Shown here in pieces: positions 26,681 to 37,579 of a stretch of DNA of 64,000 nt. The stretch spans positions 17,392 through 81,391 of the forward strand of contig JBFMAF010000027.1 in assembly GCA_040755995.1 (NCBI GenBank), in the 5' to 3' direction. Under the pieces are notes generated by a model that had not been told where the DNA came from, made no database searches, and was given only the letters and a program-made list of their open reading frames with translations. This DNA is from Acidobacteriota bacterium. Its GTDB lineage: Bacteria; Acidobacteriota; CAIWXX01. How positions within the stretch are numbered: position 1 is the stretch's first letter; the number at the start of each line of letters is the position of its first letter. A program made the position numbers and the translations under genes.

Positions 26681-29600
26681 CTAGTCCACGCGTTCGAGCG
26701 TGATCCGGAAGCCCTGTCCCGGGAACTCGCACGTCCCCGACAGGCTGCGCGCGCCGGGGTCAGGCATCGGTACGCGACAAGTGGTGCTGTCGGAGGGACG
26801 GCCGTCCTGGATGAACTCGAGAATGAGCACCCCGCCTGAGTAACGCCATCGGGTAGTCTCGCCCGGGTTCTTCTGCCACGGTCCCTGGGCGGAGCTCCAG
26901 TTCCTCCCGACCTCCCCCGTGGACTGCAGGCACATGTAGGTTGTGGTCTTGGGGCTCTGGAAGCGCCAGACTGAGCCGTCGAGCGACGCGGTGGGAGTCG
27001 CAGGTCTTTCGCCGGCAGGAGGAGCGACGCTTGTAGGCGGCTGTGCCGGCGTCGCGCGCGCCTCCATGCGAGAGCGCAGCAGGTCGGCTATTGCGAGCTT
27101 CTGCGCACGCACGTCCTCGGACTCGTTCGCATCATGGATCTGCGTCTGTTCGAGCGCAGTGAGCTCGTAGCGGCCGCGGAGCGCGGGATCTGCGCCGCTT
27201 TCGAGGAGCAGATCCGCCATCGCACGCATGCCGTACCTGGAGGCCCAGGTGAGAGGCGTATCGCCGACGACGTTGCGCTGGTTGGGATCTGCGCCGTTTT
27301 CGAGCAGCAGGCGCGCCAGGTCAACGTTGCCGTCGAATACGGCACAAAACAGCGGTTCGCCAAGGTGGGGAGAGACGCGAGCATTGGCGCCGAGAGCGAT
27401 GAGCCGGCGTGCCATGGCCAACTGGTCCGAGCGCGACCATCGGGCGACAGTCGCGGTGTTCGCACACACGACCTCCCAGAGCGGTGTCCTGCGGCTGCTC
27501 GATACGTATCCGGCATTGGCCCCGTGCTGCAGGAGGAGCTCGGCGATGGCAGACTGTCCCTGGCCGAGCGCCCACATGAGCATAGTGTCATCACCCTGGA
27601 AGATCTGCTCGGCGCGAGCGCCACGGGACAGCGCAACGCGGGCCACATCCGCATCGCCGGCGTACCCGTTTGCTCCCAAGTTCGCTTCGAGGGCACGCTT
27701 CAGCACCTCGTCAGGCGGCAGAGTGTATTCCTCTCGGAAGCCCAGATCATCGAACGGCAGGCCATGGGATTGTGCAATGGCAAGTGCCTCTGGACAGATC
27801 GAATCCCAACTCTCGAAGCGGAAAGGCTCAACCACGGCCCCACGATCGAGGAAGAGCGACACGAGCTGTGGCCGGCAGTTGCGCAAGGCGCAGCGGATCG
27901 TCGATTGTGTGATCCGTGCGCCGCGGTCGAGGAGAAGTGCAGCGACTTGCAGGTTGCCTGCCCTGCATGCCGCTTCCAGCGGCGAAAGGCACTCGGCCCC
28001 GTCCGCGCGAGCGTTGGGGTTGGCACCGTGGTCCAAGAGCGCGGGCACGAGGTCCGGGTTCTCGGGGATGGCCTCGGAAAGCACCGCACACCTGCCCTCG
28101 GCCGGCAAGTTCGGATCGGCGCCATGATCGAGGAGCAGCCTCACCATCTCGGGGTGATGATAGCGCAACGCCGCGTGAAGCAGTGTGTGGCCGTATTCGT
28201 CGCGGCCCGCGAGGTCAGCCCCGGCCTCGATGAGAGCCGTCGCTCGGACGGCCTGGTTCGCCTCGACCGCGACGAACAACCGCTCGGTGTAATACGCTCG
28301 TCGGCGCTCCTGCGTGTCCACGCGCCGGAGGACCTCGGCGGTCTCCTGACAAGCCTCCCGCCGCTCCCGTGCGGTGCTGCGCAACGTCGGGTCGAGCGCG
28401 CTCCTCCCGCTCGGATCGGCCAGGTCCGGCCGAGCGCCCCAGTCAAGCAGCATCCTAGCCAGGTCCGCTTTGCACCCACCCACGGCGTACATCAGCGGCG
28501 TCCAACCGAGCACGTCGCGCGCGTTGACCTGCGCCCCGGCCTTGAGCAGGGGTTCAACGATCATGGCTGCCATGCCTTCGTCCCATCCGCCGGCGCCGGC
28601 CGCGTGATGCACGGCCGTCCGGCCTTTGAGGTCCTGCGCGTGAGGATCGGCTCCCAGTTCCAGGAGCACCGCAAGGACCTCGCCATAGTATGATGGGGCG
28701 CCCATGAGCGGCGTACGACCCGCCTGGTCGCGGGCGTTCACGTTTGCTCCACGGGTCACGAGAACCCGCGCAAGCTCCTTGTTGACGTCGTAGACGAAGA
28801 ACAGCGGAGTGCGTCCTTCACGATCCGTTGCCGCGGCATTCGCGCCGCGATCGAGCATGAGCGTGGCGAGCTCTACCGGCGCCCCGCTCCTCGCCGCGAC
28901 AAGCAGCGCCGTGCCGCCGTCCGGCGTGCGGGCGTCGAGCTTTGCGCCTTTGTCGACCAGGGCTCTTGCTGCGTCCCACTGCTCATTCTTCAGCGCGTCC
29001 CACAGCCGGCGGGTTGTCTCATCAGCCGGCGGCTCCACCGGTCTCGCACAGGCGGCTCGGGTTTCCACCTCGATCGCGAGCAGGGCTCGCCGGATGAAGG
29101 CCTGCTGCATCGCGAGCAAGTCGCGATTGGTGACAATGGCCCTAGCGCACGCTTCCTCCACGTCGGGGCCGCCGAGCAGCGCCTGCGCCCCCTGCCAGAG
29201 CACGCCGGAGATCGTCACCTTGCGGTTGCGATACTCGTCGAGGTAGCGATCGAGGAGCTCCTCCCGCATCCGGATCGATGAAGGCACGAGCAGTGTGAGT
29301 GCGAGTACATCGTCCGCCGTGGCTGTGCCGGCGGAGGCCCGCCTATAGATCCCTGCGATCATCGAAGCATAGACAAAGGCGGCGCGGTTCAGGAGCGCGA
29401 ACTCGGCGGAGTTGGCTGCCACTTCGCCCGTATTCTCCAGGCGCGAAAATAGCGACCAGCCAAGCGCGCCGGCCTGGGCCTTGATGTTCTTGTTGACGCC
29501 TGCCAGAGCGCCTTTGATCTGTGTGCGGCGCGCGAAGTTGGTCTCGGCGGCCAGGGCCTTTGTGAGGTCGGAGCGCTGCGCCAGAAGTGAGGACATAGCC

Positions 29601-30457
29601 GCGGCCGACTGCTCCGCCTCGCTGAGCGACTTGACGTCTCCCAGTGTCTCGCGAACCAGGCCCCGGCGGTACTGGTGAAGCTCGTTGCGAAGCGACTCGG
29701 GGTCGGTGAGCGGAGCCTCCCCGGAGTAGAGAGAGAAGATCCGCGCCGTGCTCTCATAGAGCGTGGCCGCGAAGTCCAGGTCGAAGAAGGAGGCCGGCGT
29801 GGCACCGGGGGCGATAGTTCGGCTGAAGACCTCGTCTGCCACGTCGAGGATTGTTGCATCGCGGCTGATCGCCCGGAAGCTCTCGCCATCGGCGCGGTAG
29901 CGCTGTGCCCGCTCCTGGTACTCTCGCGCTTGCGCGAGCAAGGCGTCGGGCGCAAGGCCGTCGAGGAGCAGAAAGGCTGTGAACAACTCCTCCGTGAGCG
30001 CCGGGTCGGCAACCGGTTGGCCGTCGGCGCGGCGCAGCCACACATGGCGCACCGTGGTCCCGCCGGCCTCGCATCGTACAGGCACGTAGCTCTCTCCCCT
30101 CCATGCGAGCTCGACCCCTGTGCGCTCCCACCCAACGATCGTGTTCCTGAATTCCCCTCTGCGTTCGCTCTCACCCTGTCCGCACGCCGCAGCAAGTGCT
30201 CCCGAGCAGAGCAACGTGACGACGGGGAGGGCAAGCCAGGATGCCCGGCTGCGGCTGTCAGGTAGACGGCACGCCTGGCCTGCGGACGCCGAAACAGCCA
30301 TCCCGGCCTGCCTGTGCGCGAGCGATGGCAGCCCACGCGTGTGAGATCTGGAACAAGTGATGCTCGGCATGTTCATGCTCAAGCTTCCGACAGGATAATC
30401 CCAGACCCATAGCGGAAGCAAGTCGTCACTCGATGGATGAGTCCTCAAGCCTGGCAT
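26681..30457 (-). CDS. large ankyrin-repeat protein, probable lipoprotein
   Basis: Many G.TPL..A...G...LL..GA..N repeats; lipobox-like LAAAC near residue 90, so the true start is probably downstream of 30457. Confidence 0.85.
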   Translation of the reverse strand: MPGLRTHPSSDDLLPLWVWDYPVGSLSMNMPSITCSRSHTRGLPSLAHRQAGMAVSASAGQACRLPDSRSRASWLALPVVTLLCSGALAAACGQGESERRGEFRNTIVGWERTGVELAWRGESYVPVRCEAGGTTVRHVWLRRADGQPVADPALTEELFTAFLLLDGLAPDALLAQAREYQERAQRYRADGESFRAISRDATILDVADEVFSRTIAPGATPASFFDLDFAATLYESTARIFSLYSGEAPLTDPESLRNELHQYRRGLVRETLGDVKSLSEAEQSAAAMSSLLAQRSDLTKALAAETNFARRTQIKGALAGVNKNIKAQAGALGWSLFSRLENTGEVAANSAEFALLNRAAFVYASMIAGIYRRASAGTATADDVLALTLLVPSSIRMREELLDRYLDEYRNRKVTISGVLWQGAQALLGGPDVEEACARAIVTNRDLLAMQQAFIRRALLAIEVETRAACARPVEPPADETTRRLWDALKNEQWDAARALVDKGAKLDARTPDGGTALLVAARSGAPVELATLMLDRGANAAATDREGRTPLFFVYDVNKELARVLVTRGANVNARDQAGRTPLMGAPSYYGEVLAVLLELGADPHAQDLKGRTAVHHAAGAGGWDEGMAAMIVEPLLKAGAQVNARDVLGWTPLMYAVGGCKADLARMLLDWGARPDLADPSGRSALDPTLRSTARERREACQETAEVLRRVDTQERRRAYYTERLFVAVEANQAVRATALIEAGADLAGRDEYGHTLLHAALRYHHPEMVRLLLDHGADPNLPAEGRCAVLSEAIPENPDLVPALLDHGANPNARADGAECLSPLEAACRAGNLQVAALLLDRGARITQSTIRCALRNCRPQLVSLFLDRGAVVEPFRFESWDSICPEALAIAQSHGLPFDDLGFREEYTLPPDEVLKRALEANLGANGYAGDADVARVALSRGARAEQIFQGDDTMLMWALGQGQSAIAELLLQHGANAGYVSSSRRTPLWEVVCANTATVARWSRSDQLAMARRLIALGANARVSPHLGEPLFCAVFDGNVDLARLLLENGADPNQRNVVGDTPLTWASRYGMRAMADLLLESGADPALRGRYELTALEQTQIHDANESEDVRAQKLAIADLLRSRMEARATPAQPPTSVAPPAGERPATPTASLDGSVWRFQSPKTTTYMCLQSTGEVGRNWSSAQGPWQKNPGETTRWRYSGGVLILEFIQDGRPSDSTTCRVPMPDPGARSLSGTCEFPGQGFRITLERVD

Positions 30458-30579
30458 CGGGTCCCGTGGCCCTGACGCCCATCAGTGATCGAGAGAATCA
30501 CCACCGAAGCCCGACAATCCAGATGAGATCGGCACAGGTCGTCGCAGTGCGCGTGCAACTGCCATAGACAGGCTATGAT

Positions 30580-33198
30580 ATGCTCCCGCTGAGTGCGAAT
30601 GGACAAAGGGCACTGATGGGTCTCCAGCGACGGGCTCGGCGAGCGGCTCTGACTGTCGCGGCAGTCGTCTTCGCGGCGGCGGCGATTCTCTACGGCCTTC
30701 TCTGGATGGTCGATGCCCACCGCGTGCCCGCGGTGGAGCTCGGGTTCGAAGACACCTACGCGGACGCCGAACGTGTAGTTGTCGTGACGCTTGTCCACGA
30801 GGGCAGCCCTGCGGAGGCGTCCGGAATGCTGCCCGGCGATCGTATCTTCGCAATCAACGGCCGGCGAATCGAAGATGAGAGCTCGCTGAGGAAAGTGTGG
30901 ATGCGGCACGAGCCCGGCGACACGGTCGAGCTCACGGTGGAGCGAAAGGGGCAATCATCGCCGGTGCTCCTGACCGCGGTGTTCCGCGCGCGCCTCGCCG
31001 GCCGGCTGGCCGAGCATTTCGCCGAGGAGGTGCGCGACATGTATCCCGTGCCGTTCCTCATCGTGGGCCTGACCGTGCTCTTCCTTCGTCTCGAAGACCG
31101 GAACGCGTGGCTCCTGGCGCTCCTCTTCGCGAGCTTCACGGCGGCTCCCGACTATTCAAACGAGTGGGAGGCCCTGGTTCCGGCCCTGCGCCCATTCACC
31201 ATGGCATATCGTGCGCTTTTTCTGAGCGTGCTGGGCGCGTTGTTCTATAACTTCTTCGCCGTCTTTCCGGCTCGGTCGCCTATCGACCGTCGGCTCCCGT
31301 GGTTGAGGTGGGCGGCCGTCGTCATCGGACTGTCCCTGGGGCTCCCCGGGCTCCGCTCCGGGCAGATGCAACTGCCACCTCCACTGCCCGCGTTGCTGGG
31401 AGAGAATGCGCGAGAGAGGGTCGCGCTGTGCTACACGATCGGCTTCGCCATTCTGGGGCTGGCCTCGATCGCTGTGAACTACCTCCGAACGCAGGAACCC
31501 GAAGCACTCCGGAAGATCCGAGTGATCTTCTGGGGGACAGCGGCCGGCGTCACACCGGCCCTGGCTCAGGCGGCCGCCGAGACCTTGTTCCGCGTTGAAG
31601 TCCCCAATTGGCTGCGAACGGTGGTCGTCGCGCTTCTATTCCTCCTGCCGGTGTCCTTCGCCTACGCCGTCGTGAAACACCGCGTGCTCGAGATCCCCGT
31701 GCTGCTCAAGCGCAGCGCCCGGTACTTGCTAGTACAGCGGGGGTTCACCATTCTCCTGTCGCTCCTCAGCATCGGCTTCACGCTCCTTTTCGCATTCTCG
31801 TACGCCCACTACCTGCGCCCCATCATCGAATTCGCCCAACCATCGGGGATCGCGATCGGTGCGGCCTTTGGGACAGTGCTGTTCTGGGGTGGGTCGCATA
31901 TCCACAGGCGGGTGAGCGGCGAGATCGACCGCGCCTTCTTCCGCGGCGCCTATGACGCGCGGATGATTCTTGAAGATCTGGCGGAGAGAACTCCCACGGC
32001 CAAGGACATCGGAGCGCTTGCAGATATGCTCGACCGGCATCTCCGAGAGGCGCTGCACCCGAGCTCGCTTGCGATCTATTTCCGGAGCAGCCCTGATCTC
32101 CTGCGAGGGGTATCCGGAGGTGTCCCGCCTGATCTCTCCGCAATCTCCACGAATCTGCCTGCGCTTGCCGAGATGGCGAAGCGCGGGCAACCGCTGGAGC
32201 TCACGCCGTCTGCCTACGATGCATCGGATGGAACATCTGCGTTGGCGCAGCTCAAGCCGGACTGTCTCGTCCCGATCATGGGGCGCAATCGACAGCTTGC
32301 CGGTCTGATCGTTCTTGGCCAGCGGCTTTCCGAGGAGCCGTACTCGGGCGAGGACAGGCGCCTTCTGGCAAGCGTCGCCAGCCAGGCCGGTAGCGCTCTC
32401 GACAACATCCGCCTCGCCGAAGAGATCGCCGAGCGAATGGAGAACGAGCGCCGTGCAGCGCGCGAGATGGAAATCGCCAGGCAGGTGCAGACCAGGCTTC
32501 TCCCGCAGGCGCCGCCGCCCTTGAAGACGCTCGAATGCGCCGCTCAGTGTATCCAGGCGCGTTCGGTCGGAGGCGACTACTATGACTTCCTGGATCTCGG
32601 CCCGGGCCACGCCGGATTTGTGCTTGCCGACGTCTCGGGAAAGGGGGTCCATGCTGCGCTGCTGATGGCGAATCTGCAGGCGCATCTGCGGAGCCAGAGC
32701 GCCATTGCGCCGCTCGATCCGGTGAGCGTTCTGACGAAGGTCAATCGCATGCTCTACGGATCCACTGCCGGCCAACACTTCGCCACGCTGTTCTACGGAG
32801 TCTATGACGACGCCACCTGCACGCTGCTCTATGCCAACTGCGGCCACAATCCGCCGGTATTGTTGCGATCCGATGGAACCGTCGCAAGGCTGGCGGGAAC
32901 CGCGACAATCGTAGGGATTTTCGATGAATGGGAGTGCGCTGTCGAGAGCATCCAGCTCGCCTCCGGCGATCTCCTGGCGGTTTACAGCGACGGTGTCACG
33001 GAAGCCACGCGCGACGAGGAGGAGTTTGGCGAGGAGCGACTGATCGATGCGCTGCTGGCACACCGGGATCGCCCGGTGAGTGACATCACGACTGCCGTGC
33101 TGGCCGGCGTGCAACAGTTCAGCGCCGGAACTCAGTCCGACGACCTGACCCTGCTGGTCGCGCGTGTGACCAGGCCGGCCGGTGGAACGGATGCCTGA
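30580..33198 (+). CDS. membrane PDZ-GAF-PP2C (SpoIIE/RsbU-type) serine phosphatase
   Basis: PDZ (GSPAEASGMLPGDRIFAING), multiple TMs, GAF-like segment, VGGDYYD, ADVSGKG, YSDGVTEA, DDLT. Confidence 0.9.
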   Translation: MLPLSANGQRALMGLQRRARRAALTVAAVVFAAAAILYGLLWMVDAHRVPAVELGFEDTYADAERVVVVTLVHEGSPAEASGMLPGDRIFAINGRRIEDESSLRKVWMRHEPGDTVELTVERKGQSSPVLLTAVFRARLAGRLAEHFAEEVRDMYPVPFLIVGLTVLFLRLEDRNAWLLALLFASFTAAPDYSNEWEALVPALRPFTMAYRALFLSVLGALFYNFFAVFPARSPIDRRLPWLRWAAVVIGLSLGLPGLRSGQMQLPPPLPALLGENARERVALCYTIGFAILGLASIAVNYLRTQEPEALRKIRVIFWGTAAGVTPALAQAAAETLFRVEVPNWLRTVVVALLFLLPVSFAYAVVKHRVLEIPVLLKRSARYLLVQRGFTILLSLLSIGFTLLFAFSYAHYLRPIIEFAQPSGIAIGAAFGTVLFWGGSHIHRRVSGEIDRAFFRGAYDARMILEDLAERTPTAKDIGALADMLDRHLREALHPSSLAIYFRSSPDLLRGVSGGVPPDLSAISTNLPALAEMAKRGQPLELTPSAYDASDGTSALAQLKPDCLVPIMGRNRQLAGLIVLGQRLSEEPYSGEDRRLLASVASQAGSALDNIRLAEEIAERMENERRAAREMEIARQVQTRLLPQAPPPLKTLECAAQCIQARSVGGDYYDFLDLGPGHAGFVLADVSGKGVHAALLMANLQAHLRSQSAIAPLDPVSVLTKVNRMLYGSTAGQHFATLFYGVYDDATCTLLYANCGHNPPVLLRSDGTVARLAGTATIVGIFDEWECAVESIQLASGDLLAVYSDGVTEATRDEEEFGEERLIDALLAHRDRPVSDITTAVLAGVQQFSAGTQSDDLTLLVARVTRPAGGTDA

Positions 33199-33400
33199 GC
33201 GCCAGGTCGATGGCGGCGCTCCTCCGCCGTCTTGAGTATCCCTGTCAGCGCCGTGTGGCAATACCAGGGAATCTGTGCAAGAGTCTCACGACGCGCTATC
33301 CAGGTCGGTGCTCGCGGTCTTGACGGGGTCATGGAAACCGACTCGGAGCGACGTTTGGATCGCTGAAGATGGCATTGACGACCGACCATTTTCGTAGATA

Positions 33401-34618
33401 ATGGTCATCATGATTGAAAGAAATCTGGGGCCAGAACTCCTGAGCTCGATCGGTCGAAAGCAGTCTCTCTTCCTCTTTGGGCCGAGGCAGACAGGGAAGT
33501 CCACTCTGCTGGGTGAAGTCAGCAGCCAGTATCGGAACACCATCGAGTACTCGATGCTCAAGGTGTCATTGCGGCAGCGGCTGGAGCGGACGCCGGAGAT
33601 CCTCAGGCAAGAAGTGGCCTCGGCCCGGCCTGACCTTGTGATACTCGACGAGGTGCAGAGGGTGCCGGAGCTGCTGGACGAAGTGCAGTGGATCATCGAC
33701 AATGAAGAGACGACGTTCGCGATCACGGGGTCGTCTGCCCGGAAGCTGCGCAGGCGCGGGGTGAATATGTTGGCGGGCCGGGCTCTGACGTTCCGTCTGG
33801 ATCCATTCGATTTGAGGGAGCGGCGCAGAATCCCCGGGACGTCTCCCTTGGACGGCGCCCTCCAGACCATACTCACGTACGGTGACTTGCCGAGAATTGG
33901 CTTGATGGTTGGACGCAACGAGTTGCGAGGAGCGAGAGGCCTGCTGCGATCTTACGCGGAAACGTTCATCGAAGAAGAGATAAGGATGGAAAGCCAGGTG
34001 CGCAAGATCGGCGTCTTCGGATCATTCCTCAAGATGGCGGCGGAGGACTCGGGGAAGATCGTAAACCTGCGAGAACTGGCCCAGGATGTCGGTGCATCAC
34101 ACCAGACGATCTCATCATTCTACCAAGTGCTTCAGGACTGCCTGATCGTCGAGGAGTTCCCGTCGCTCGTGCCCGCGTCCACGCGCAGGCGTCTTTCCAG
34201 AGCCTCCAAGTACGTCTTCTTCGACCTCGGGGTTCGCAACGCCTGTGCCGGCGCGCTCAGGTCCGAAGGAGTCCAGTCCGAGGAATGGGGAAGCCGGTTC
34301 GAGCAGTGGGTGGGCCTGTCGATTCTCCGGCACTACAGGAGTATCGACGAGGACGCACGGATCTACTACTGGCGGGATCACAGCGGACCTGAGGTTGATT
34401 GGGTGATCGAGCGAAGTGGCCGTTGGACGCCTGTAGAGGCGAAGCTGACCGACAATCCCCAGGCACGTCACATTCGCCACCTCGCGGTGTTCCTCGATGA
34501 GTACCCCGACAGGACAGACCAGGCGATCCTGGTATACGCGGGCGAAAGGGAACGGAAGTTGGCCGACCGCGTCACCGCAGTGCCGTGGCATCAGCTGGAC
34601 GAGATTTTGCCAGCATAG
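33401..34618 (+). CDS. AAA+ ATPase with C-terminal DUF4143
   Basis: GPRQTGKST, ILDEVQ, TGSS, LAGR, FFDLG, YWRD...EVDWVI...EAK. Confidence 0.9.
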   Translation: MVIMIERNLGPELLSSIGRKQSLFLFGPRQTGKSTLLGEVSSQYRNTIEYSMLKVSLRQRLERTPEILRQEVASARPDLVILDEVQRVPELLDEVQWIIDNEETTFAITGSSARKLRRRGVNMLAGRALTFRLDPFDLRERRRIPGTSPLDGALQTILTYGDLPRIGLMVGRNELRGARGLLRSYAETFIEEEIRMESQVRKIGVFGSFLKMAAEDSGKIVNLRELAQDVGASHQTISSFYQVLQDCLIVEEFPSLVPASTRRRLSRASKYVFFDLGVRNACAGALRSEGVQSEEWGSRFEQWVGLSILRHYRSIDEDARIYYWRDHSGPEVDWVIERSGRWTPVEAKLTDNPQARHIRHLAVFLDEYPDRTDQAILVYAGERERKLADRVTAVPWHQLDEILPA

Positions 34619-34813
34619 CCCCGTGATCTGCAAGGGACTTCTGCGAGCGTTCGACCTTGCCCGTCCATAGCTGGAGCATCGCCTTCTTCTTGCTGGCCGG
34701 CATCAATCAGCGAAGCGACTCGCAGTCGGGGGCATCATCCCTCACGAAGCAGATGGCCCGCCAGTCAGGAGGCAGAGGTCGGGCGGGAAGCCACGTATCA
34801 GCGAGACAAGGCG

Positions 34814-37579
34814 CTACGTCGAACACGCGGGCTGAGGTGATCCACCAGGCGGGGCATCGCGCGTGTCGCGGTGCGTCATTGCACGGAGGACCTTCTCGGC
34901 GGTGATCGGGAGGCTCTTGATTCGCACGCCTACGGCGTCGTCAATGGCGTTTGCGATTGCGCCCATCACCGGCAGAATCGTCCCCTCGCCCACCTCCTTC
35001 GCTCCAAACGGGCCGTTCGGATCGCGGATCGGAACCGATGCCGAGACGATCGGGAACGAATCCGCGATCGTCGGGATCAGGTAGTCGTGGAACGTCGGGT
35101 TCACCAGACGGCCTTCCGAGTGCAGGACCTCTTCCATCAGGGCCTCGCCCATCCCCATCACGAGCGACCCTTCGACCTGGCCTCTGAACGTGAGCGGGTT
35201 GATCACTGTGCCTGAGTCGTGCACGGCGCACATGCGATCTACGGTGACCCTCCCGGTGCCGGTGTCGACGCGCACCTCGGCCACTACCGCACAGAAGCTG
35301 TAGGCCGGTGACGTGCCCACCGCAGCGCCCTTGAACGAGCCTCCGAGCTTCGGCGGCGAATAGCAGCCGGTTGCCACTATCCCGCCCTTCTTCGCGAATC
35401 GCCTGGCAGCGATCTCTGCAAAGGGCATCGCCGTCTGACCGTCCGAGACGTTTCCACGCCTGAAGACGAGCGGCCCAGCGGGCTTGCCCACCGACTCAGC
35501 CCAGAACTCCTCGATCGTCGCCTTCACCTTCCTGGCCGCATCGACCGTGGCGTTGCCTGCCATGAACGTGATCCGCGATGCATAGGCGCCCAGGTCCTTC
35601 GGCGTCACGGCCGAGTCGGACGAGATAATGGAGACGCGTTCGTACTCGATTCCGAGCTCCTCCGCCGCGATCTGGCACAGCACCGTGTCCGAGCCCTGGC
35701 CGATTTCCGGCGCTCCCGTGTACAGAAACACCCGCTCGCCGTCGTCGGCGACTCGAATCGTGCAGGCCGAATGCGGCAGGTCGCCGCGGATGATCGGATA
35801 TCCCGCGCCGGAAATGAAGCAGCCCAGCCCGATGCCGATGCCGCGCCCGTACGGCAGTTTGCCGTACTTGTCGTCGAACGCCGAGAGCTTGACGGCTTCA
35901 TCGAGGCACTCCTTGATGCCGCAGCTCGTGATCTGCAGGTCGTTGACGGTCTTGTAGCCGGCAGGCATCAGGTTTTTCATTCTGACGGCGATCGGGTCGA
36001 GCCCGAGATCGCGCGCAGCGAGATCGAGCTGCGACTCGAAGGCGAACCGTGGCTGAGGCGTTCCGTTGCCCCGCTGCGCTCCGCACGTCGGCAGATTCGT
36101 GCAGATGCGATCGGCTTCGAAGTGGAAATGCGGCAGCTTGTACGGTGTGGTCAGGAGGCACCCGGAGTAGTACGACGTGATGATGCCGTACCCGGTGTAG
36201 GCGCCTCCGTCGAGTTTCACTTCGATGCTGCTGCCGAGCAGCGTGCCGTCCTTGTCGAAAGCCGTCTTCAAAGTGATCGTCTGCGCGTGGCGGCCTCGCC
36301 CGTGCTGGAACACCTGGCGCCGGTCCATCGTCATCAGAACTGGTCGCTGGAGCCGCTGCGCGGCGATGACCGACAGGAAATCCAGCTTCGTCACCTCGGC
36401 TTTGCCGCCGAACCCGCCGCCCATCGCCGGCCTGATGACGCGAAGCTTGCTCATCGGAATCCCGAGGACCCTCGACAGGTGGTACTGCGTGTAGTGCGGG
36501 GCCTGGCTGGCCGTCCAGACATTGATGAGGTCGCCTTCGAGCATCGCCAGCGATGCCTGCGGCTCCAGGAACGCCTGGTGCGTGCGCTGCCCCTGGAAGA
36601 CGTCTTCGCGTACATGGGCAGCATCGACGGCGCTCTGCTCGAAGTTGCCGAAATCCTGCAGGATGTGCGTGTTGATATTGCGTGGATACGCCTCATGCAG
36701 CGCAGGCGCCGCCGCCTCCGTCGCCTTCCCAACGTTGAACACGGGCTCCAGCGGTTTGTACTCGACGCGCACCAGGCTCGCGGCGTGCTCCGCCTTTCTG
36801 CGATCTACAGCGAACACCGCCGCCACAGGCTCGCCCACGTGACGCACCACGCCGAGAGGCAGGATGGTCTCGTCATAGCGTGCAGGCGACACGCCGTAGG
36901 TCGTGGACGGCACCTCGGCCGCCGTCAACACCAGCACGACGCCGTCCGCCGCCTGTGCCTGGGACGCGTCGATCCCGAGCACGCGAGCGTGCGGATGCGG
37001 GCTTGTGACCAGCGCTCCGTAGACCATGCCCGGGAAGTAGTGATCAGCGGTGAACATGGCGCGGCCTGTCACCTTGTCCCACGTGTCTTTGCGTGGAACA
37101 GGCTTCCCGACGACGTCGAATTCCGATTTCTCACCGGTGTCCGGGCTCTCGCCCTTGAGTGCACGGAGGATGCCGAGGTATCCGGTGCAGCGGCACAGGT
37201 GCCCGGAGAGCGCCGTCTTGATTTCGCCCTCACCGGGACGCGCGTTGCGATCGAGGAGCGCCGAGGAGCTGACGACGACTCCCGGAGCGCAGTAGCCGCA
37301 CTGGAAGGCCGAGTGCTTCACGAACTCTTCCTGCACGGGATGGCGGACCCCTTCGATGGTCGTGATCGAAGACCCGTCAGCCTCGGCCGTGAGCATGAGG
37401 CAGGCGTTGATGGGCGCGCCGTCCAGCAGCACGGTGCACGCGCCGCAGTCTCCGGTGTCGCAGCCCCGCTTGCTCCCCGTGAGATGCAGGCGATCCCGCA
37501 GCGTGTCGAGTAGGGTCTCGTTGGAATCGACGATCAGACGATGGGTGGAACCGTTGATGAGGAGGCTTACATCAGGCAT
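34814..37579 (-). CDS. xanthine-oxidase-family molybdoenzyme, fused 2x[2Fe-2S] and Mo subunit; 4-hydroxybenzoyl-CoA reductase (HcrC-HcrA)-like
   Basis: GCDTGDCGAC, QCGYC, CRCTGY, then the Mo domain with GGAYTGYGIIT, GKLPYGRGIG, DSAVTPKDLGAYASR, DPNGPFGAKE, resembling recalled HcrA motifs; benzoyl-CoA pathway context. Confidence 0.75.
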   Translation of the reverse strand: MPDVSLLINGSTHRLIVDSNETLLDTLRDRLHLTGSKRGCDTGDCGACTVLLDGAPINACLMLTAEADGSSITTIEGVRHPVQEEFVKHSAFQCGYCAPGVVVSSSALLDRNARPGEGEIKTALSGHLCRCTGYLGILRALKGESPDTGEKSEFDVVGKPVPRKDTWDKVTGRAMFTADHYFPGMVYGALVTSPHPHARVLGIDASQAQAADGVVLVLTAAEVPSTTYGVSPARYDETILPLGVVRHVGEPVAAVFAVDRRKAEHAASLVRVEYKPLEPVFNVGKATEAAAPALHEAYPRNINTHILQDFGNFEQSAVDAAHVREDVFQGQRTHQAFLEPQASLAMLEGDLINVWTASQAPHYTQYHLSRVLGIPMSKLRVIRPAMGGGFGGKAEVTKLDFLSVIAAQRLQRPVLMTMDRRQVFQHGRGRHAQTITLKTAFDKDGTLLGSSIEVKLDGGAYTGYGIITSYYSGCLLTTPYKLPHFHFEADRICTNLPTCGAQRGNGTPQPRFAFESQLDLAARDLGLDPIAVRMKNLMPAGYKTVNDLQITSCGIKECLDEAVKLSAFDDKYGKLPYGRGIGIGLGCFISGAGYPIIRGDLPHSACTIRVADDGERVFLYTGAPEIGQGSDTVLCQIAAEELGIEYERVSIISSDSAVTPKDLGAYASRITFMAGNATVDAARKVKATIEEFWAESVGKPAGPLVFRRGNVSDGQTAMPFAEIAARRFAKKGGIVATGCYSPPKLGGSFKGAAVGTSPAYSFCAVVAEVRVDTGTGRVTVDRMCAVHDSGTVINPLTFRGQVEGSLVMGMGEALMEEVLHSEGRLVNPTFHDYLIPTIADSFPIVSASVPIRDPNGPFGAKEVGEGTILPVMGAIANAIDDAVGVRIKSLPITAEKVLRAMTHRDTRDAPPGGSPQPACST

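Noticed and set aside
33401..34618. AAA-DUF4143 gene as a defence or mobile system
   Set aside because: Common solitary family with no partner genes or element ends visible
35771..37513. Long antisense or alternate-frame ORFs (also 27134-28693, 31729-33261, 38585-40105, 19387-20895, 50428-52050)
   Set aside because: Shadow ORFs expected at high GC opposite well-supported genes; no motifs
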